DNA of 41,694 nt from an uncultured Candidatus Saccharibacteria bacterium (GTDB taxonomy: Bacteria > Patescibacteriota > Minisyncoccia > Phycocordibacterales > UBA6065). The notes below the pieces were generated by a model. It did not search any database. It had not been told where the DNA came from and saw only the letters and a program-made list of their open reading frames with translations. A program made the translations under genes and the position numbers. How positions within the stretch are numbered: the stretch's first letter is position 1; the number at the start of each line of letters is the position of its first letter. The DNA lies in contig CAYJCZ010000005.1 in assembly GCA_964368835.1 (NCBI GenBank), positions 1 through 41,694 on the forward strand, read 5' to 3'. Shown here one piece after another: positions 35,910 to 41,694 of the stretch.

Positions 35910-37625
35910 ATGCCTATCAATACACACGAACAAGAGCTTTCTGCTCGCATAAAAGATCTTGAAAAACAGATCAAAGTTTTAAAAGACCGAAAAAAATTTG
36001 GGCTTGTTTGGGAGGATAAACCCGAGGAAGTTGTTTTACAATGCGATACAAATATTCCTGTACTCAAGGAGGTCAAGGGTAAGAAGTTGTTTTCTGATAA
36101 CGACTTGCCGGTAAATATTCTCATCGAGGGTGATAATTATCATTCGCTCTCCGTTTTAAATTACACACACGGCAACAAAGCTGATGTTGTTTACGCAGAT
36201 CCTCCTTATAATACGGGAAACAAGAGCTGGCGATACAATAACGATTATATCGAAAAGGAGGACGAATTTCGTCACAGCAAGTGGATTTCGTATATTCACA
36301 AAAGAATTAATCTTGCGAAAAAACTTTTAAAAAATACAGGGGTACTTATTTTTGCAATCGATGATTATGAAGTTCATACCCTCCGGCTCTTATTGGATGA
36401 GATCATGGGTGAAGATAATCGACTTGGCACAATAACAGTTGTTCATAATCCTGGGGGTCGCCAAGACGAGCAGTTTTTTGCAACGGCTCATGAGTACATG
36501 CTCATCTACGCAAAGGATCGAAATCAGGCTGTAATCAAACACCTTGATCAGTCAGAAGAAAAGATAAAGGACTATCAATACTCTGATAATCTTGGTACCT
36601 ATAAGCTTCGAGAGTACCGACGAGCAGGAGCTAATTCAAGAAGGCAGGATCGTCCTAATCTTTGGTATCCAATCTACGTAAATCCAAAGACCCTTGAAAT
36701 TGGTATCTCTAAACAGAAGGGATGGACCGAAATTTGGCCAATAGATAAATCAGGCATAGAACGTGTCTGGCGATGGAATGCAAAAACTTTTAACGAAAAG
36801 AAGTCTGATTACATTCAAGTAAAAAAATCTATCGAGGGCTATAAGTTTTACGTTAAGGAGAGGTCTATCAACTACAAAGGTGAGAAGCCAAAGACGTTTT
36901 GGTTTAAACCAGAATACAGTGCAGTTAATGGTACGAGTGTTCTAAAGGAAATTTTCGCTGAAAAATCAGATAAGATTTTTGATTTTCCAAAATCTCCTTT
37001 CTTGATGAGAGATATTCTATCAATTGCGTCCGATACGGATTCTACGGTTGTTGATTTCTTCGCTGGTTCTGGTACGACAGGTCATGCTGTTCTTGAATTG
37101 AATAAACAGGATGGCGGTAATCGTAAATTTATCCTCTGCACAAATAACGAAAATAAGATTGCCGAAGAGGTCACCTATGAACGCCTAAAGCGAGCAATTA
37201 ATGGGTATAAAAATAAAAAAGGAGAAGCCGTTGAGGGTCTTGGAAGTAATTTGTCGTACTACAAAACTGATCTCGTTAATATCGATAAACTTCAACGGAT
37301 ATCAGACGAATCAAAAATAAAGGTTACCCACCAAGCTGGTGAAATGATCGCCTTGAGAGAGGGTACTCTAAACGAAGTTGATAAGAACGATTGGTGGCAG
37401 ATATTTGACGGTAAGGAAAAGAGGACGGTCATCTATTTCAAAGAGGATAAATCAAGACTTCCCGAACTGATTAAATTCCTTGATAAGGAGGACAAGTCTA
37501 CTGTTCTCTATATTTTCGGTTGGGGTAAAAACGAATATAAAAACGAATACTCGAATAAGAATATCAGGGTCGAGGATATTCCAGAGCCGATTATCGAGGT
37601 ATACAAGGAGATTAACCGAATCTAA
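35910..37625 (+). CDS. mod: Type III R-M methyltransferase (Mod)
   Basis: LIEGDNY, DPPYN, FDFPKS, DFFAGSGTTGHAV, RKFILC; upstream of a Res gene. Confidence 0.92.
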   Translation: MPINTHEQELSARIKDLEKQIKVLKDRKKFGLVWEDKPEEVVLQCDTNIPVLKEVKGKKLFSDNDLPVNILIEGDNYHSLSVLNYTHGNKADVVYADPPYNTGNKSWRYNNDYIEKEDEFRHSKWISYIHKRINLAKKLLKNTGVLIFAIDDYEVHTLRLLLDEIMGEDNRLGTITVVHNPGGRQDEQFFATAHEYMLIYAKDRNQAVIKHLDQSEEKIKDYQYSDNLGTYKLREYRRAGANSRRQDRPNLWYPIYVNPKTLEIGISKQKGWTEIWPIDKSGIERVWRWNAKTFNEKKSDYIQVKKSIEGYKFYVKERSINYKGEKPKTFWFKPEYSAVNGTSVLKEIFAEKSDKIFDFPKSPFLMRDILSIASDTDSTVVDFFAGSGTTGHAVLELNKQDGGNRKFILCTNNENKIAEEVTYERLKRAINGYKNKKGEAVEGLGSNLSYYKTDLVNIDKLQRISDESKIKVTHQAGEMIALREGTLNEVDKNDWWQIFDGKEKRTVIYFKEDKSRLPELIKFLDKEDKSTVLYIFGWGKNEYKNEYSNKNIRVEDIPEPIIEVYKEINRI

Positions 37626-37630
37626 AGATT

Positions 37631-39961
37631 ATGTTTGCACTTAAACCATTTCAAGAGATAGCTATAGCGAAACTGAAAAATCAGTTCCTTTCCCTTTGGA
37701 AATCTCCTCACGATAATATACCCCTCGTTTTTAAATCTCCTACTGGCTCGGGAAAAACGATAATGTTGGCGCAGTTTCTGCGCGATCTTGTCGGCGACCC
37801 TCGATTCTATGGTAACGATGTTGCCTTTGTGTGGTTCACGTTCAGCGAGGATTCATATGTCCAGAGCAAAAACAAACTATTTGAATACTATGGTGGCGCA
37901 TCTGAACTCGATCTCCTCGATTTAAATGATCTTGCACGTGGCAAGATGGCAAAAAACTCGGTTTTCTTCATTAACTGGCAGAAGATTAAGGGTCGTTCAA
38001 AAGAAAGCAGAAAGCTTCGCAAGGATAACGAATGGGGCCATACCTTTGATAGCTTTATCGAAAAGACGAAGAACGACGGTCGCAAGCTCGTTGTGATTAT
38101 CGATGAGGAGCACATTGGATCTGATACCGAATTGGCGCTTGAAATCATAGACGGACTTATCAAGCCGAAAATAACTCTACGCATTTCCGCTACGCCTAAA
38201 TACATACCGAATGCCGAGGACATTGCCGAGCAAAAGGGTGGGTTCACGCAGGTAAAGCGGGAAGAAGTTGTGGAAGCTGGCCTTATAAAGGAAAAGGTTA
38301 TTTTCCAAACCGAGGAAGACTTAAATAGAAAGGACTTTAGAGGAATAGACCAAGACGAAATTCTGCTCGAACTCGCATATCAGAAAAGACAGGATATTGT
38401 AAAACTCTATAAGAAAGTGGGTGCAGAAATCAATCCTCTCGTGCTCATTCAGCTACCCAACGACGATCAGGCGGGTAAGGATACGGTCACAATCAACAAG
38501 CAGAATATCGTGCTTGATTTTCTCAAGAAGAAAGGCGTCCTTGAGGATGAAATCGCTATCTGGCTTTCGCAGGATAAGGTAAATCTCGATGATATCGAAA
38601 ATAATAATTCGCCGATATCATTTCTTTTGTTCAAACAAGCGGCCGCTACGGGTTGGGATTGCCCTCGAGCGGGAGTGCTTGTTATGTTCAGGGAAATCAA
38701 GAACCCTACATTCGCGATACAGACCGTGGGACGAATCCTCCGAATGCCGTTCGGTGCCCATTTTCCCATACCAGAACTAAATCTCGGCTATCTCTACACC
38801 AATTACAAGAGAAACGAGGTCCTTGCCGAATACGGCAAATCGAAAACCGATAATCGTCCCGCAATCTACGCAAGTCACCGAAAGGAGGACGTCAAACCGA
38901 TAGTTGTTGATTCGGTATTCATGAGCCGTACCGACTACAACGATCTTGGCGATACATTCCAAAATACTTTCAACGATATTGCTGATTCATATTTCGGTGT
39001 CACAGCCAAGGACATCATGGGTCAGGCGCTTAAAAAACTTGAGGTCAAGAAGCTCGAAACCAATCCAAGTGTCACGAACGGTCTCATCGTGGGCGTGGAG
39101 ATTGATGATTACGATAATTTCACCAAGGAACTTATCGCCGAGGGTGGAAGCCATGATCAAGAGATATCACAGCACGACCTAGAGCGCCTCTACAATCTTC
39201 GCTGTTTCAATTGTATCGCTCGCCAAATCGACGAGAACAAGAAATTTGCACCTGAGCGATCATGGGGAAAGCTGAAAACTGCCCTCAACGTCTGGCTCCT
39301 GAAAACTACTGGCCAGAACAGACAAGTGATCTACAAGATAGCCGTACATGATCTATTAAGTCAGACGAGCGTACTCGCCCCTCTTATTGGAATCGCTCTT
39401 GAGAAGTATCGTCCGATTCGAGAAAAAGAGGTCAATAAGAAATCTGAGCGTTCCAAACGAACCGAGACCCTTGAGATTCCGCGTGAACTGCTTTCGTTCA
39501 CGGATCAGTATGAGGAAATGAAGGTAAAAAAGTGTGCGATGGAGCCTTTCTACATCGAGAGGGACTACAAGGGTGAGGACAACGAAAAAGAGTTCATAAA
39601 ATTCCTTGAATCGAATAAAGAAGTCACTTGGTGGTACAAAAACGGCGACACGGGAAGTGAGTTCTTTTCGATTTCCTACTATAACCCCGACGAAAACAAA
39701 GAGAAGCTCTTCTACCCTGACTGGATCATACAGACAAAGAAATCTGTCTGGATTATCGACACGAAGAAAGGCTCTACAGCCGAGATACCTGACACAAAAT
39801 ATAAAGCTGAGGCCTTGCAGGAATGGCTCAGGGGAAAGAAAGGCTTTACCGGAGGCATTGCCGTTCAAGATGGCCCTAACGGGTGGAAGATCAATTCCGA
39901 TAAGAAATATTCCTACTCGCCAGCATTCAAGGGTTGGGATAACCTAAATGATGCGTTTTAA
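37631..39961 (+). CDS. res: Type III R-M restriction helicase-endonuclease (Res)
   Basis: SPTGSGKT, DEEH, GWDCPRA, QTVGRILR, C-terminal YPDW...IDTK PD-(D/E)xK. Confidence 0.9.
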   Translation: MFALKPFQEIAIAKLKNQFLSLWKSPHDNIPLVFKSPTGSGKTIMLAQFLRDLVGDPRFYGNDVAFVWFTFSEDSYVQSKNKLFEYYGGASELDLLDLNDLARGKMAKNSVFFINWQKIKGRSKESRKLRKDNEWGHTFDSFIEKTKNDGRKLVVIIDEEHIGSDTELALEIIDGLIKPKITLRISATPKYIPNAEDIAEQKGGFTQVKREEVVEAGLIKEKVIFQTEEDLNRKDFRGIDQDEILLELAYQKRQDIVKLYKKVGAEINPLVLIQLPNDDQAGKDTVTINKQNIVLDFLKKKGVLEDEIAIWLSQDKVNLDDIENNNSPISFLLFKQAAATGWDCPRAGVLVMFREIKNPTFAIQTVGRILRMPFGAHFPIPELNLGYLYTNYKRNEVLAEYGKSKTDNRPAIYASHRKEDVKPIVVDSVFMSRTDYNDLGDTFQNTFNDIADSYFGVTAKDIMGQALKKLEVKKLETNPSVTNGLIVGVEIDDYDNFTKELIAEGGSHDQEISQHDLERLYNLRCFNCIARQIDENKKFAPERSWGKLKTALNVWLLKTTGQNRQVIYKIAVHDLLSQTSVLAPLIGIALEKYRPIREKEVNKKSERSKRTETLEIPRELLSFTDQYEEMKVKKCAMEPFYIERDYKGEDNEKEFIKFLESNKEVTWWYKNGDTGSEFFSISYYNPDENKEKLFYPDWIIQTKKSVWIIDTKKGSTAEIPDTKYKAEALQEWLRGKKGFTGGIAVQDGPNGWKINSDKKYSYSPAFKGWDNLNDAF

Positions 39962-39981
39962 ACAGGAGTAGCGGTAAGGTG

Positions 39982-40482
39982 TTATGAGCTATCATCTGGT
40001 CTTGGTTGATTGGCATCAGCGCTATAATCCCTGAATACCACCTCGTTTGTCTGAGGCGGCTTGTCCAAATCTATTGGCCCATACTTCTCTTCGTATGCTT
40101 CGAGCTTCTGCCACCTCTCGATTTCATCTTTACTATTCATGATTCGTATATCAACACCCTTTGGCTTTTTCTCATTGGGGTCTTTCCAAATATATGCGAG
40201 TCTCGGTCTTATATAGTTTGCTTTGTGGTTGTCGAGCCAATATTTTATAGACCACGGTTCGCCCTTTTGGATATGGTTAACAAGCTTACTCTCGGCAAGG
40301 TCGTTGATTGAGTCGGTGCCCATGTTCGTTGCTACCTGTAAGGCTTTCTTGAATTTAGGATCCTCTTTGCACCATCGGTATATGGTATTTCTCGATAGTC
40401 CAAGGTTTGCAGCCGCTACGGAGATGTTGGGCACTCTCTGTATTTCTTCGAGAAATTTACTCGCTTTGCGGTGCTTTTTCAT
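39982..40482 (-). CDS. Phage-type HTH protein (terminase small subunit-like)
   Basis: NISVAAANLGLSRNTIYRW...DPKF; overlaps the end of the ParB-methyltransferase. Confidence 0.6.
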   Translation of the reverse strand: MKKHRKASKFLEEIQRVPNISVAAANLGLSRNTIYRWCKEDPKFKKALQVATNMGTDSINDLAESKLVNHIQKGEPWSIKYWLDNHKANYIRPRLAYIWKDPNEKKPKGVDIRIMNSKDEIERWQKLEAYEEKYGPIDLDKPPQTNEVVFRDYSADANQPRPDDSS

Positions 40483-41694
40483 CTCTTATAATCTCGGCTT
40501 TTCGGCCAGTTAATTTCTCCCAACGCGCCACGACCAAGTCACAAAAGACTGGTTCAAGCTCCACAGCATAGACGCGCCTTTTTAGCTGCTCTCCTGCGAT
40601 TATGGTACTGCCTGAACCAGAGAAGCTGTCGAGGATGATGTCTCCAGGCCTTGTACAACGCAGGATCGGTTTCTGGTGAAGTTGTGGAGGCTTTGATGTG
40701 GCGTGTTTGTATTCCTTGCCTGAAAGCCTCTTGGCAGTCCATATATCACCAATCTGGTCGAGCATATCATTACCTCCTGTCACTTCTTTATTCAATACCT
40801 CGTTGAGGTTATTTATGCCGTCGGTGATATGCGGCTTGCCCAGAGTGCCATAGGTGCACGGCTCATAGCATTTGTTAAATGCGCTCGTAGGTGTAGGGTT
40901 GTGCCCGTTTTTTATCCAGAGACACACCCGCTTGTTGTTTATGCCGAGTTCTCTGTAGAGGGTCTGTACGAGCCAAATATATTTCTGATCAGACCAGTAG
41001 AAGACGTGGGTATCAGTAGAGGAAACGGAGAAGGCTGCCTCCATGGTCTTTTTCAAAAAGACTTTGTAGCCCTCATCGCTTCTTTCGTCGTTCACCGAGC
41101 CACCGTAATTTTGTGCGCCTCCCACGCCCTTGTCGTAATCGAGCTTAATGTTGTAGGGAGGGTCGGAATATATCATTGATGCGCGATCCTCTCCGAAAAG
41201 CTTTTGCAGAACATTACGATCAGTGGAGTCGCCGCAGATCAATCGGTGATTTCCCATGAGTATCAGGTCGCCGAGTTTTGTGGTCGGTTTCGCTATTTTT
41301 TTAAGCTCTTTTTCGACATCGAAATCATCATCTGCCACTTCGATGGTCTTGCCCCAATGACTATCAAGGTCAACTGCTTCAAAGCCTATGTCAATCAAAG
41401 TGCCGAGGTTAAATTCTTTGAGCTTCTCATAGTCCCAATCGCCGTCATTGTTATTACTCTCAAGCGCCACCTTGTCTTTCTCCTCTGGTGTAAGAGGACG
41501 ATCAGGAACAAGGACCGTAACCTCAAGTATTTCCAGATCTGTGAGAGCTTTCTTGCGTTGGTTCCCAGAAAGAACCACACCATCTGTGTCGATTTTGAGA
41601 ACATCGTGGAATCCGCGTTCACTTATTCTTTCTTTTAATTTAAGGAAGGCCTCGCTTGTAATCTTTCTCGGATTGTTTTTCCAGAGCTTAAGGT
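40457..41694 (-). CDS. ParB-like N-terminal domain fused to a DNA methyltransferase (5' end beyond the window)
   Basis: Frame open to the edge (…LKLWKNNPRKI…VLSGNQR); HRLICGDST, SDPPYN, HATSKP, LDSFSGSGST. Confidence 0.88.
   Translation of the reverse strand, partial: LKLWKNNPRKITSEAFLKLKERISERGFHDVLKIDTDGVVLSGNQRKKALTDLEILEVTVLVPDRPLTPEEKDKVALESNNNDGDWDYEKLKEFNLGTLIDIGFEAVDLDSHWGKTIEVADDDFDVEKELKKIAKPTTKLGDLILMGNHRLICGDSTDRNVLQKLFGEDRASMIYSDPPYNIKLDYDKGVGGAQNYGGSVNDERSDEGYKVFLKKTMEAAFSVSSTDTHVFYWSDQKYIWLVQTLYRELGINNKRVCLWIKNGHNPTPTSAFNKCYEPCTYGTLGKPHITDGINNLNEVLNKEVTGGNDMLDQIGDIWTAKRLSGKEYKHATSKPPQLHQKPILRCTRPGDIILDSFSGSGSTIIAGEQLKRRVYAVELEPVFCDLVVARWEKLTGRKAEIIRDEKAPQSE

Larger units (their letters stand above)
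29916..41694. mobile_element. Defence/mobile island starting at tRNA-Glu and running past the window edge
   Basis: Abrupt switch to retron, XRE/ImmA, serine recombinase, type III R-M and phage-like genes; no att duplication seen within the window. Confidence 0.7.

Noticed and set aside
35774-35962. 62-aa ORF as a leader peptide
   Set aside because: It has no RBS, crosses the terminator and overlaps mod out of frame
1-41694. CRISPR array, rRNA or IS transposase
   Set aside because: I saw no regularly spaced direct repeats, rRNA signatures or transposase motifs
9960-41694. Long antisense ORFs over gyrA, rpsA, ftsZ, the recombinase, res and the methylase
   Set aside because: Shadow frames of well-supported genes, with no motifs

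Overview
This window looks like a Patescibacteria/CPR (Parcubacteria-type) chromosome segment. That is an inference from the gene set (VirB2/TrbC-like pilin array, rpsU-ybeY-ftsA-ftsZ, a degenerate HisS paralog); TGA is used as a stop, so the code is standard. Bases 1-29.9 kb are mostly backbone: Ig and Fn3 secreted proteins, tRNA-Leu, five pilin-like genes, cmk, gyrA, rpsA, pth, lepB, ftsAZ, trxB, a MacAB-like ABC exporter, an M23 peptidase, VanW, and divergent tRNA-Ser/tRNA-Glu. ORFan cassettes and a cluster of three GC-rich structured RNA candidates (after rpsA) are interspersed. From the tRNA-Glu 3' end to the right edge lies a defence/mobile island. It carries a DUF3800 gene, a ~93-nt inverted-repeat-bounded ncRNA and a retron-type reverse transcriptase (putative type VII-A2-like retron). 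It also carries an uncharacterised two-gene operon divergent from an XRE/ImmA regulator pair, a large serine recombinase, a type III R-M system behind a terminator/antiterminator leader, and a phage-like HTH plus ParB-methyltransferase pair. All calls come from motif recognition and manual base-pairing; no searches were run.
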